Shown here one piece after another: positions 21,121 to 32,750 of a stretch of DNA of 64,000 nucleotides (position 1 is its first letter; each line of letters opens with the position of its first letter). Under the pieces are notes generated by a model. It saw only the letters and a list, made by a program, of their open reading frames with translations. It was not told the origin of the DNA and did no database searches. The stretch comes from an uncultured Spirochaetota bacterium (GTDB lineage: Bacteria; Spirochaetota; Spirochaetia; SZUA-6; CAVTHK01): contig CAVTHK010000007.1 of NCBI GenBank assembly GCA_963734495.1, forward strand, positions 192,001 to 256,000, read 5' to 3'. The position numbers were made by a program, and so were the translations under genes.

Positions 21121-22173
21121 ATGGAAACAGGCATCATCGGTCTTCCCCTGTCGGGAAAGACGACCCTCTTCAACGCGCTCACGGGCCTTTCCGCCAGGAC
21201 ATCGAGCCACGCGGGCGGCGGCCGCGACGCCAACGTCGCCCTGGTCGACGTGCCCGACGAGCGCGTCGAGCGCCTGTCGCTCATGTTCAAGCCCGAGAAG
21301 ACCACCTTCGCCAGCATCCGCTTCAAGGACCTGCAGGTCGAGTTCACCGACGACGGAGGCATGTCCGCCGCCAGCATCGGCGAGCTGCGCAACGCGGACG
21401 CGATCGCCCTCGCCATCCGCGCGTTCGCGGATGAGGGCGTCCCGCACCCCCAGGAGACTCTCGACTGCCTGCGCGATTTCAGGCGCCTCATGGACACGCT
21501 TGTCTTGAGCGACCTCGACGTCGCCGAGAGGCGCATGGAACGTCTTGTGAAGGAAGGCAGGCGCGGCGACCGCGAGCACGCGCGGCTGGAAAAGCTCTGC
21601 GAGCGGCTGGGCGAGGGCAAGCCGATAGGCGTCGACCTGCTTTCGGCCGACGACCTCAAGCTCTTCTCGGGGTTCGCCTTCCTCACGGCCAAGCCGATCA
21701 TCGTGGTCGCGAACACCGGCGACAAGAGCGTGGACACCGCCGCCCTCCGCGCGGCCGCCGGGCAGCAGGGGCTCGCCTTCTTCGAGATCCAGGGCGCGGC
21801 GGAGATGGAGATCGCCCAGCTCGCGCCCGACGACCAGAAGGAGTTCCTCGCCGCCCTCGGGGCTACGGAGACCGCGCGGGCGCGCTTTCTCCGCACGATC
21901 TACGATGCCCTCGGGCTGATCAGCTTCCTCACCGTCGGCGAGGACGAGGTGCGCGCCTGGAGCGTGCCCCGGGACGGCACCGCCGCGCGGGCGGCCGGGA
22001 AGATCCACACCGATCTCGAGCGCGGGTTCATCCGGGCGGAGGTCGTGTTCTGGCAGGAGCTGGTCGATGCGGGCGGGCTCAAGGAGGCCAAGAGCGCGGG
22101 CAAGCTGCGGCTCGAGGGCCGCGAATACGTCGTCAAGGACGGCGACGTGCTCAATATCCGCGCCAACGTATAG
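21121..22173 (+). CDS. ychF: YchF-like (Obg family, DUF933/TGS) ATPase, divergent
   Basis: GLPLSGKTTLFNALT, VPDERV, LTAKP, AGKIHTDLERGFIRAEV, EG-x-EYVVKDGD. Confidence 0.85.
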   Translation: METGIIGLPLSGKTTLFNALTGLSARTSSHAGGGRDANVALVDVPDERVERLSLMFKPEKTTFASIRFKDLQVEFTDDGGMSAASIGELRNADAIALAIRAFADEGVPHPQETLDCLRDFRRLMDTLVLSDLDVAERRMERLVKEGRRGDREHARLEKLCERLGEGKPIGVDLLSADDLKLFSGFAFLTAKPIIVVANTGDKSVDTAALRAAAGQQGLAFFEIQGAAEMEIAQLAPDDQKEFLAALGATETARARFLRTIYDALGLISFLTVGEDEVRAWSVPRDGTAARAAGKIHTDLERGFIRAEVVFWQELVDAGGLKEAKSAGKLRLEGREYVVKDGDVLNIRANV

Positions 22174-22275
22174 GCGGCGCGGCTCGACCGCGCGCGTCGG
22201 CCCGGCGGGCGCCGTCCGCGAAGCAGCGCACAACGGCCTGTCGCAGAATGCGGCAGGCTTCCCAAGGAGGCCCTG

Positions 22276-23037
22276 ATGGTGGAGCTCGAGGCAGCCAGGA
22301 CGGGCAGGAAGGTGTCGGTCGGCCACCGGGGGGCGGCGGGGCACGCGCCCGAAAACACGCTCGCGTCTTTCGAGGCGGCCCTGGCCATGGGAGTCGACGC
22401 CGTGGAGCTCGACGTCCGCCGAAGCCGCGACGGCGAGATCGTCGTGATCCACGACGCATCCGTCGACCGCACCACGGACGGCCACGGCGAGGTCGCGGCG
22501 ATGTCGCTCTTGGAGCTGCGCGCCGTCGATGCGGGCGCGCGCTTCGGCGGGCGGTTCCCCGGCGCGCGCATCCCCACACTGCGCGAAGTGCTCGCGTGGG
22601 CGCGGGGCCGCACCGAGCTCGTCATCGAGATCAAGGGTGACCCGCATCCGCAGCCGGGCATCGAAGAGCAGGTGATCGGTCTCGTGGCCGAGCACGGCAT
22701 GATCGAGCGCGTCATGGCGATCTCGTTCCATCACCCGACGCTCCGGCGCGTGCGGGAGCTCGAGCCGCGCATCGCCACCGGCATGCTCTACACGGGGTTC
22801 TTCGCCGACACGGTGGCGGCCGCGCGGGCGGCGGGCGCCGATTGCGTGCGGCCGGGGTGGCACGACTGGAACGAGGCGCTCGTCCGCAGCGTCCACGCCG
22901 CCGGTCTCGCGGCCGGCGCCTGGACCGTCGACGACGAGGCGGTCATGGAACGGCTGCTCGACATGGGCCTGGATTCGATCACGACCAACTACCCGGACAG
23001 GCTGCGGCGCGTGCTCGACCGCCGGCACCCGCGATAG
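22276..23037 (+). CDS. Glycerophosphodiester phosphodiesterase
   Basis: GHRG, PENTL, ELDV, HD, IEIK, WTVD, ITTNYP. Confidence 0.93.
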   Translation: MVELEAARTGRKVSVGHRGAAGHAPENTLASFEAALAMGVDAVELDVRRSRDGEIVVIHDASVDRTTDGHGEVAAMSLLELRAVDAGARFGGRFPGARIPTLREVLAWARGRTELVIEIKGDPHPQPGIEEQVIGLVAEHGMIERVMAISFHHPTLRRVRELEPRIATGMLYTGFFADTVAAARAAGADCVRPGWHDWNEALVRSVHAAGLAAGAWTVDDEAVMERLLDMGLDSITTNYPDRLRRVLDRRHPR

Positions 23038-23091
23038 GGCGGTCCGGCCCGGGCGCCGTTGCCGGCCTCCCCGCGCCGGCGGGCGGCCGGT

Positions 23092-23733
23092 CTACGGCGC
23101 GGCCATCATGTCCGCGGGGTAGAGAGTGGTGAAGTAGAACTCCTCGTAGGTTCCCGACGCCGCCTCCCGGTAGCAGGTGGTCACGTCGATCGAGACGTCG
23201 TCCCAGGCGGATACGATGTCGGCGGGGACCTTTGAGATGTCGATCCGGCACTCGACGGAGAAGCTGGAATTGACGAGCTCTCCCGCTTCGACGGCCTTGC
23301 CGTCGCGCGACCAGATGGCGACAAAGCCGCCGCCCTTGCGCCGGGCGGGCAGCAGCTCCAGCGTGTAGCGGTTGACCTCGCCGGGCTTCCGGCCGACATA
23401 GACGTAGCCGAAGATCGAGACCTCGGGCGCGAGGTTGGTCTCGGTCCCGACGTAGATGTAGAGGCTCGCCGCCTTCGATGCATCCCCTTGATCTCGCGGA
23501 TCTGGGTTCCGCCGCGGTTCCAGTACAGGGAGCGGTCGACCGTGAGCGTCTCGCGCTTGCCCGGCGTCTCGCGGCTGAAGTAGTAGGGACTGTAGCTGCT
23601 CCGCGAAGCGCGCGACCGCAGGCACGTCCTGCCAGTCGAAGTAGCTGTTGTCGATCGCGATGCCGGGATTGGCCGCGGCCACGGCCGCGGCGAGGACGGC
23701 CAGGCACGGAAGAACGATCGCTCTCGTGAGCAT
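23092..23733 (-). CDS. Exported hypothetical protein (frameshifted)
   Basis: Signal peptide after an AAGGAGG SD; IDN-x-x-x-DW motif reminiscent of DOMON/CBM9-like domains. Confidence 0.6.
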   Translation of the reverse strand: MLTRAIVLPCLAVLAAAVAAANPGIAIDNSYFDWQDVPAVARFAEQLQSLLLQPRDAGQARDAHGRPLPVLEPRRNPDPRDQGDASKAASLYIYVGTETNLAPEVSIFGYVYVGRKPGEVNRYTLELLPARRKGGGFVAIWSRDGKAVEAGELVNSSFSVECRIDISKVPADIVSAWDDVSIDVTTCYREAASGTYEEFYFTTLYPADMMAAP

Positions 23734-23745
23734 GGGGGCCTCCTT

Positions 23746-23821
23746 GCCCATGGGGTCCCGCCCCATGGGCTTGCCCGCGGAGTCCGCTCCGCGGGCTTAC
23801 CCGCGGAGTCCGCTCCGCGGG
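23746..23821 (-). repeat. Three tandem GC-rich hairpins with CGGA/CGGGA loops
   Basis: Minus strand: CCCGCGGAG-CGGA-CTCCGCGGG taa GCCCGCGGAG-CGGA-CTCCGCGGGC aa GCCCATGGGG-CGGGA-CCCCATGGGC then AAGGAGG. Confidence 0.9.
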
Positions 23822-23824
23822 ACG

Positions 23825-26800
23825 CTATTTTCTCCTGATGGCGAGGATCGTCAGGTCGTCGTACTGCGAGTCCTCCCTGACGTGCGAGTAGAGCGCGTGA
23901 TCGCTGTCGGCGGCGCCTGCCACCGGGTGGCCGAAATACAGGCTGTACTGCCGGAAGTGCTCCTTGAGAAAGGCGTCGATCTTGCGGTCCACGTAGATGA
24001 CGTCCGAGGGGCCGGCCGAGGGATCCAGGTACAGGCGGAACACCTTTTCCACGGCGATCAGGGCGAGCACCGCCTCCTCGACGCTGCCGCGGCAGGACGC
24101 GAAGTCGAACTCGTACTTCTCGTCCGGCGTCGGGTCGTGGAGCCTCCGCAGCTCGTAGGTGCCGCGGCCGAAGACCGCGGAGACGATGCGATGCGCGCGG
24201 GAGATGCCGAGCTGCTCGAACCGGGCTGCCCTTTGGCAGGGTGACTCTCTCGGCCGTCCTCTTCGACCTGTTCGTCCTGCTCGAGCTCGAACTGCCGGAA
24301 CTCGGTGTCACGGAAGAGGCGCTGCGCCTCCTCGATGCCGTCCGTCATGAGGAACAGGGTGTCTCCCGGCTCCAGCTTTTCCGTGGTGGGCACGTACCCG
24401 GACTTCGTCTCCAGCAGGACGGACGGAAAGACGCCGGCGGCGGGCGGATTCGGGTGCTTCTTGAGCACCATCCGCTTCTCGCGGGCCGAGTAGATGTGCA
24501 CGATGTTGTCGCCGGCGTTGACCATGACGCAGACCCCGGTGCGGATGTTCACGAGCGCCACCATGAGCGTGGCGAACCGGCCCTTGAACCCGCGCTCCTC
24601 GAGCATGTCGTTGACCTCGTAGGCGAACCGGTCGATGCGCAGCCCGGGCTCTGCAGGGTCCAGTGCTTGAAGTAGGTCTGGAAGATGGTTGCCACCTCGA
24701 TCATGATGAGGGCCGCGGACACACCCTTGCCGGACACGTCGACCTTGATGAGCGCGTAGTGCTGCTCGTCGAGCCGCTTGTAGTCGAAGTAGTCCCCCGA
24801 CACGTCTTTCGCGCCCTCGTAGTAGCCGAAGATCTCGACCGCCTCATTCGACTCCTGCGCCGGTCGCCCCTTTCCGGCCGGTCGCGTCTACGGTGAGCGG
24901 CAGGAACATCTTCTGTATGTCCTTGCCGAGCTTGAGCTCGTGGTCCGCGATCGCGGCTTTCACGAGCCCCTGCGTCATCTCGTTGATGGTGTCGGCAAGG
25001 AGGCGGATCTCGTCCTTCTGGCGGATCTCGATCCTGTGGTCCTTCAGGTCCTCCTTGTTCTCGGTGTCGCGGATCGTGGCCACGCCCTGGGCGAGCCTGC
25101 GGATGGGGCCGATCGTGATCGAGGCCAGGATCAGCGCGCCGATGGCCCCCAGGCCTATGGCGCCGAGCGCGATGAGGCCGATGGTCCCGATCAGGTTCCG
25201 CGTCGTATCCTCGATCTCTTTCAGGATGGCGGTCGCGGAGACCGACAGACGGACGAGACCGCGGAAATAAATGTCCGAGCCGCGGACGCGGAAGACGATC
25301 GGCTGGTAGAACACGTACCGGCTCTCGAGCTGGTCGTACCGGAATTCCGGCAGGCTGCCCACTTCGCCGGCGATGACGCGCAGCTGGCGGTTGATCCGGC
25401 TTTCGAGGCCGGCGGCCGACTTCCCGATCTGCTCCTTCTGGGCCCTGGAGGCGGCGTCCACGCCGGTCACCGCGTCGAGGTCCTTGAGCTGTTTCTCCAG
25501 CTCCTGCACCAGGCTGCCCACCTCCGCCTCCGCCCGACTCTGCACCTTCGCCCTCACGTCCGGGAGGGCGGCAGACACCTCGTCCTTGAGCACGGAAAGG
25601 CCGGGCTGGAGCTCTCCGCCGCCGATCTTGGCGCCGATGTCCTTGTCGTTGCTCGCCCAGGCGTACTCCTCGCCGGCGCCGGGCCGGTCGGAGCCGCGGG
25701 GCGTGATGCCCGTGATCGTGGCGAACTCCGCCTCGCGCATGGCCGTGATCTGGTTGGTGAGGTTGTCGAGGGACAAGGGGTCCTGGTCGAGGATGAACGG
25801 CCCCGCCGCGGCCGAGATGCTGCCCAGAAGCACATGGGCTCGCTGTTCCAGCCCCTGGGCGAGGTTCCGGGTCTGGGTGCGGACCATGCCGACCGAGAGG
25901 GGCACGGAGATCATCAGGACGACCAGGATGACGAGCACCACGATCAGGAGCGTGAACTTCACCCTGAGGCTCATACCCCTGCTCTTGAGCTCTCTCATGA
26001 GTTTTTCCTTTCCCACAGCGGCGCCGGAGACGACCGCGAAGACCTGCTCTCTCAGCTCGCGCGCCTCGCGCGCGACCGTGACGACGCGGCCCGCGGAGGC
26101 GACGATGGCGAACGCCAGGAACGCCATGAGCAGCCACACGAGGAGCCGGCCGGCCGACAGTGTGAAGGCCGGCCGGGTGCCCGCTTCCCAGGGCGTCGTG
26201 TAGGAGGCGGCGGCGAAGTCGCCGAGCTTCACGGTGCCGAAAGCGTCGAGGGTGATCAGCGGCGGCGTGAGGGTCAGTCCGCGGCGCGAGTGCACGACGC
26301 CGACGCGGTAGGAGCCTTCGTCGTAGTTCGTGAGGGTGATCCCCTCGATGAGCCCGTTGTTGACGATGCGGAACTGGTCAGGCCCCCAGGTCTGATCCAT
26401 GGGCGCCTTGCCGTCGCGGTCCATCACGACCTGGACGACGCGCCCGTCCTCGGTAAAGCCCCGGCCGCGGATCGAAAGCGATACCCTGCCAAGCTCGTCC
26501 TTGGACCAGTCCACCGAGCTGATCAGCGTGACGGGCACGTACTTGTTCAGCCTGAGGTACTCGATGGCCGGCTCGCTCGACGTTTCCCGCCAGGTCGACG
26601 GCCGCGACCGAGAACATCCACAGGCCGTTGTCCAGGTTGTCGTAGCCCCGGGCGGTGGTCTGCGTGCGGACCTGCGGGGCGAGCGCCGCGGCCGGAGGAG
26701 TCCGCGGCTCGCCGGCCCCCGGATCGGCGGAGAGCCTGATCATCTCGTAGGCGTACCCGGACAGCGGCTTCGCATCGCCCGCCTTCCACTGGACCCGCGG

Positions 26801-28387
26801 GCTGTTGGAGACGAGGAAGCCTCGCGCGTCCGTCCGCGGCGCGTCCAGCGCCACCCTGGCCGGCAGCTTGGTGTCGCGGTCGTACGCCACGGTCACGGGC
26901 GTCGACCAGTTGCCGGCGAAATCGAGGGCGGCCACGCTGAAGTACCACTTGCCGTCCTCGTCGGCATTCAGAGTTGCCCGCGTCGTGGTGACCGGCGCCA
27001 TCAGGCGCTTCGCCGGCACGGCCGCCGGATCCTGCGACCAGGACCACGCGAACCCCGAAATGCCCGAGGAGTCCGCCGGTACGGTCCACGCGAGCGTGAC
27101 GCGGCTCGCCCGCGCGGGCAGCCCCGGCGTGAACCCCTGCGCAAAGACCCGCGGCGGGTTCACGCTCTGGTCGGGGCCCCCCCGAACCAGCCTCGACACG
27201 CCGTCCGCCTGGTTCTCCCAGAGGACGGCCATCCCGCTCCCGCTCTGAACGAACCATGGGTAGATCGAATTGCCCCCGAGGCGGCCCGAAAGGTCCCGCT
27301 CGCGCCAGAGATCGCCGTCGCGCTCGGCGACGAATATGTGGTTCTCGCCGCGGCGGTTGTCGAACCACATGACGTAGAGGGCCCCGCGGAACTCGAAGAT
27401 CCGGGGAAAGAGGCACTCGTACGCGTTCTCGGTGATGCGCACGTAGGGCTGGCCGGACCGCACGGCGGATGCCGGCCGCAGAGGCACGCCCGCGGGCGAG
27501 ATCTCCATGTAGTAGATCTGCTTGGAGCCGGACGCCTGGCGGCGCTCCCACACCAGCGCGAGCCGGTCCTGCAGGGCCGCAAGATGCGGGCGCTGATTGT
27601 CGAAAAGCTCGGGGGCCAGATCGCTGCCCGCCACCCTCTCGGAAGCGGTCGTGAGGGGGATCGCAGGCTGCGTGAACCGGCCTGACGTGTCGCTCGCCCT
27701 CAGCCACAGCTGGAAGTTCGACTCCGCCTGAGAGTTGTCCTGCGACTGGTAGACCACGTAGTCGCGGCCGCCGAGGCTCGCGTGGCTGGGCAGGAAGCTG
27801 AACACGAGGTTCTGCTCCGCGGCGACCGGCTGCAGGGGGCGCCGCAGCGTGCCGCCTTCCGCCAGCGTGGATGCGTCGAGGGCGACGTAGTAGATGCCGA
27901 GAGAGCTCTGCTCCCGGGCGTCGTAGGCGACGAAGAGCAGGAGCGTCCCGTCCGCGCGCAGCGAAAGCCGCGGCGCCACGGTCGTGACCGGCGCCTGGAC
28001 GATCGTCGAAACGAAGGTCGCTCCCTCGTCGGCCGAGTACATCACGGTCGTCTGCCGGTCCGTGGATGCGATCGCGACGTACAGCCGGGCCTGATTGTCG
28101 ACAGCGAGGTAGAACAGCGACGCCTGGTCGCCCTGGTAGGGGAAGGGACCCGCGACGCGGCGCCGCTCCGTCCAGCTTGCCAGGTCGCGGCTGGTGCGCA
28201 GCGACAGCCATACGCGGTTGCCCGCGAACTCCTGCCAGACGACGGCCACGAGCCCGCCGCCGGAGGCGGCCTGGGGGAAGCGCGCACCCTCGGCCACGAG
28301 GACCCGCGGCTCGTCCCAGTAGAGGGCCTGGGCCGAGAGGTGAGCCGCTCCCAGAAGCAGGGCGAAAGCCGCGAGGAGGCGTCTCAT
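23825..28387 (-). CDS. Giant membrane SpoIIE/PP2C phosphatase with a large periplasmic N-terminus and HAMP domain (frameshifted)
   Basis: Signal peptide; S-x-D-x-G-x-TF BNR-like repeats; FN3-like AVD-x-AGN repeats; TM helices; HAMP (DEI-x-x-LA-x-x-IN-x-M); GDYFD, DVSGKG, TDG-x-x-EA, DDLT. Confidence 0.85.
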
Positions 28388-31342
28388 CTGTAGCCCCTCC
28401 TTGCCAGCTTGTCCCTGAGGTCGAGCAGCGGAGGATAGTTCCCGTTGGCAGGCTTCTGCAGAAGCCGTTTGACGATGTCGTTCGCAGCCGGATAGTTGTT
28501 CTCCGCGAAGAGCTTCTCCGCGGCCCGGAACTCCCTCAGATCGTCGCTCGAGATGATGTCCTGGCGGGCGCCGCCGGTGTCGATCAGGATGCGGTCCTTG
28601 AGGAGCGCCGCGTCGCGGTTTTCCGGGTACAACGCGATCGCCTGGTCGAGGAGCCTGACCGCCTGCCCGTAGAGGTCGCGCTGCCGCGCGTCGTAGATGC
28701 GCTGCGCCTCCGCGTACCGCGCGCGGGAATCGGCGATCTTGGCCGGGTCGGGCGGGGCGGGCCTGCGGCCCAGGAGGACCTCGATGCGCTCGACGGTTGC
28801 GGAGAGCTCGCGGTCGTTCGTCACGATCTGCGCAAAATCGCTCAGGTCGCTGTAGCTGTCGGTCAGCGCCTTGGCGTTGCCGCTGTTGATCGCGTTCCTG
28901 GCTGCCCTCATGGCGTCGGAAAGCCTGCGGGCAAAATCGGCGGGCTCGAGCTTCTGCGTGATCTTGAGCCGCAGGAAGTTGGCGCTCTTGAGCTTGGGCG
29001 CGATGACATTGAGGGTGATGAGCTTCTGCTGGGCGGCCGCAAAGGCGAGCTGCGCCGCCTGCGGCTGTTTCTGAGCCTCCAGCGCTTCGCCCTGCGCAAA
29101 GGAGTCGCTCGCGAACTTCAGGAGCTGGACGATCTCCGTGTACCGCGGCTGGGTCTCGGCGAGCTCCCACCCTTCCTGCGTGGAGAGCGCGCGCCGCACC
29201 AGCGCGAGCCAGTTCTCGATCTCGACGTTTGCCTCCGTGTTCGCGTCTTTCCAGCGGGCCTGCGCGTTGACCAGCAGTTGCTCGGCGTTCTTGAACTCCG
29301 TCCGGCGGTAGGCCGCGATGGCGGCCTCGATGAGCCGCCTCACTTCGCCGACGACCCTGTTGTTCTCGCCCTTGTTGATCTCGGCGAGCAGGGCGGGGAG
29401 CGCGCGATCGCGGAGGTCCCTGACCACGGGGTCCTCCTGGACCTCCAGGGAGCGGTCGTAGGCCTCCGCGGCCTTCGCGACGGAATCGCGCGCCTGGCCG
29501 TACTGCCCCTGTCCGAGCGCGGTCTGGGCGGCCCTGTACTGGTTGTCGCCCTGGCGCTTGTAGCTGTCTCCCGCGACGGCGCGCGCAGTGGCGTCGGCGA
29601 TCACCTTGTCGAGCCGCTCGGTCAGCGCATCCGAGCGCGTACGCAGGCCCTGAACGGCGCTGAGCGACGCCGTCACGGTCGGCGCGGCCGGTCCGAACTG
29701 CGCCGGGTCCAGTCCGCTCTGCACGACGCCCCCGATCCGCGTCGCGAGCTCTCCTGCCCGGTCGCGCAGGGTCGTGAACCGGGCGAGGCTCTCGGCTCGG
29801 GTGGTAGACCGTCCGCACGGTGCCGTCGGCCAGCGTCACCCGATCGCCGTCCCGGTACGCCTGCTCCTCGACCGCGGTCTGCTTTTCGAGCGCCGCGAGC
29901 GGCGGCTCGAGCACGCCGTAGGCCGCTTCGCGCCACTCCCGCAGCGCGCCCGCCGCGGCGACGAGCACGTCGTTGCCGCGCGGCGCCAGGGCCGGCGAGG
30001 CGGCCTGCAGGCCCGTCATGTAGCGGCTCCAGTCGGAAACCACCCCTTCGACAGCCGCGATGGGAGCAGCCAGGCGAGCCGGGTCCCAGCCCGTTGCCGT
30101 GCGCGCGGGGACGGCGTCCAGCTGCGCGCCGGCCAGCGCCGCGTAGGCGGCCTGCTCCCGGAACAGATGCTGAGCCTCCAGGAAGCCCGGGAGGTCCGGT
30201 TGCAGCACGAGCGCGCCGGCCTTTGCCGGGTCGTAGCCCGGCGGAAGGCTCCTGCCGGCTTCGCTCAAGTAGGCGAACTCGATCAGGGCGCGCGAGAACG
30301 GCTCGAGCGTCGCGAACCCCTCGCGCGCGGCCCGCCAGTCCCCCGCCCGGAAGCTCGCCACGGCCTTGGGCCTGAGGCTGTCGACGGCCTGGCGCAGCGC
30401 GCCCGCGACCTCCTGCCCGCTCTTCCGCATCCCCGCCGTCACGACTCGCTCGATGCCCTCGTCCGCCTCGCGTCCCTGTCGGCCGGTGATCGCCTTCTCG
30501 GAATAGTAGAGGAAGTACGAGATCGCGTCTCCCGCTCCGGTAAGCGCCTGCCGCTGCCGGGCCAGCGTCTGCGCGGCCCGGTCCGCGGTCGTCACGAGCT
30601 CGGCCATCCGGTCCAGGCGTCCCTTCTGCAGGGCGAGGAACCGCTGCAGATCCTGGCCGCCCTGGCTGACCGAAGCGGCGAGCGCCTTGTTGTCCTGCGT
30701 AAAGGCGGCGGACAGATCCAGGAACGTCGCGGCCGCGCTGCGGACCGAGTCCAGCGCGGCGCTCACGGAGTCCTTGGCCACGTTGCCGAGAGGAGAGGCG
30801 ATGAACTCCGCCCGGTGAAGCTCGAAGGCGCCGAGGTACGTGCGCATCGCCTCGGGAAGCTCGCCCCTGCGGAGCATCGCCAGCGCCTCGTCCATCAGCC
30901 TGTCGAAGCGGATGCGGTTGGCCTGGCCGAGCGCGGCGCGCTTGGCTTCGGCGATCGCGTCGCGCGTCGCTTTGTTCGGGTTCGGGTCGAGCGCCTCGAG
31001 CTCGGCGATGATCTTGAGCGCCTTCTCGACGTCCCGGTCATCGTAGAGGACCTTGACCAGCTCCTCGTAGCGGTTGTTGAATCCGTTCTGGATCTTGCGG
31101 ATCCGGTCGACGAGAGTCTGCGCCGCGTCGAAGAGATTGGGGTCACGGCGGATGACGTCGGCGAGGACGCGGATGGCCGCGTCGTACTGCTGTCGTTTGA
31201 CCATCTCTTCGGCGCGCGCAAGATCATCCTCGGGCCTGCCGCGGGCATACAGGCACGGCTCGAGCGAGAGGAACGCGAGGGTGAGAAGTGCCCAAAACAG
31301 GCGTCGACGTCCCAGAGTCTGACTCCAATCCGAGTCTATCAT
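28384..31342 (-). CDS. Large exported alpha-helical/TPR-like protein (frameshift near 29770)
   Basis: About 1000 aa, signal peptide, helical TPR-like repeats; stop overlaps the phosphatase ATG. Confidence 0.7.
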
Positions 31343-31465
31343 TGTTATCGGCGAAAGTACGGTCGATTGGACCAGCCCCGGCGCGCGCGGCCTCATGCCG
31401 AGGGGCGCATGAGCCGACACTGTCTTTGAAGTCTCTGTGCCGGGGAGATATACTCTAGCTTTGCG

Positions 31466-32720
31466 ATGAAAAGGGCGAGCGCTTTTCCGGCGACAGCACT
31501 ACTCGCGGCACTCATAACCCTGTTGCTCGCGGGCCCCACGGAGGGCGCGCACGCCGATCTCGCCGACTTCTACGCGGCCGTCGGCAAGGCCTTCGGCGGC
31601 CTGGAAGACCCCAACACGGGCCTCACGGTCTTCCCGACCCTCCTGGTACCGATCGGCGGCCGCTACGAAGGCATGGGGACCGCCTACACCGCGCTCGCCT
31701 GGGACACCGGCTTCCTCGAGGCGAACCCCGCCGGCAGCGCCGTCCTCGAAACCAGCGAGCTCTCGTTCCTCCATCACAACTGGATCGCCGACTCGCGCCT
31801 CGAAGGCGTCGTCTACACCTTCCGGCTCAACGATCTGGGGATCGGCTTCGGGGGCAAGTTCCTCTACCTGCCGTTCACCGAGTACGGAGACTGGGCGCAG
31901 CGCGAGGCTTCCGGCATCATATCCGAGACCGTCGCGACCGCCAACGTTTCGTACAACCTGTTCCCGAGCTACGACTTCTACGGCCTTGCCGTGGGCACGA
32001 ACCTGAAGGTTGCCTACCGCCATATCCCGGCGGTCATCTACCCGGGGCAGTCCGCGATCACGGCGCATGGTCGACGTGGGCGTCCTCTCGCGCTTCAACC
32101 TTCTCAAGTTCTACTACGCCCGCCCCAAGAACTTTTCTGTCGGCATGGTGGTGAAGAACGTGGGGCTGCCCGCGCTCGGCGAGCCCCTTCCGAGCGTCGT
32201 CACGACCGGCATCGGCTACTCGCCGATCCGGCCGCTTACGGTGGCGGTCGACTTCAATCTTCCCTTCAGCCTCGACGCCTCGACGCCCCCCGAGCGCTGG
32301 TACATCGCGAGCGGGTTCGACGTGAACGTCACTCCGTTCCTTTCCGTGCAGGGCGGTCTCCGCGTCAAGGAGAACCCGCAGGTCAGCATGGGCGCGACCC
32401 TCGCGCTCGCCAAGGTCACGTTCACCGCCAACTACAACCTCGACCTGAGCGGGAGCATCAACCCGATCGACAAGTTCAGCGTCGAGGCCAAGCTCAACCT
32501 CGGCGACGGCGGGCGCGCCGCGAAGAGCCGGCAGGTCGACGAGCTGTACGCGGGCGGCCTGGAGGCGTTCGCCCGGGGCGACTTCGAGCGCGCCATCTCC
32601 GAGTGGCAGTCGGTCCTGGACATCGACCCCACGTTCCGGCCTGCGTCGGATGCGATCGCCACCGCCAAAAAGAGACTCGAGCTGCAGAAAGAGATGATCG
32701 GTCGTCAGGAGGTCAGGTAA
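31466..32720 (+). CDS. UPF0164 family FadL-like outer-membrane protein with C-terminal TPR (frameshift near 32067)
   Basis: GG-x-x-EGMGTAYTA...NPAG, LHHNWIADS, beta-strands, terminal TPR (W-x-x-VL-x-IDP-x-F); TTGAAG-17-TATACT promoter. Confidence 0.8.
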
Positions 32721-32750
32721 GCCGCCCCGGACGCGAGCCCGGGGAAGCGG

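Noticed and set aside
23746..23821. Intrinsic terminator or CRISPR repeat
   Set aside because: There is no U-tract on either strand, the linkers are only 2-3 nt, and the array lies inside an operon.
26378..31420. 1680-aa ORF as a single giant protein
   Set aside because: It is a chimera produced by frameshifts: the TPR N-terminus, an off-frame middle, and the phosphatase N-terminus, which has its own signal peptide at 28387.
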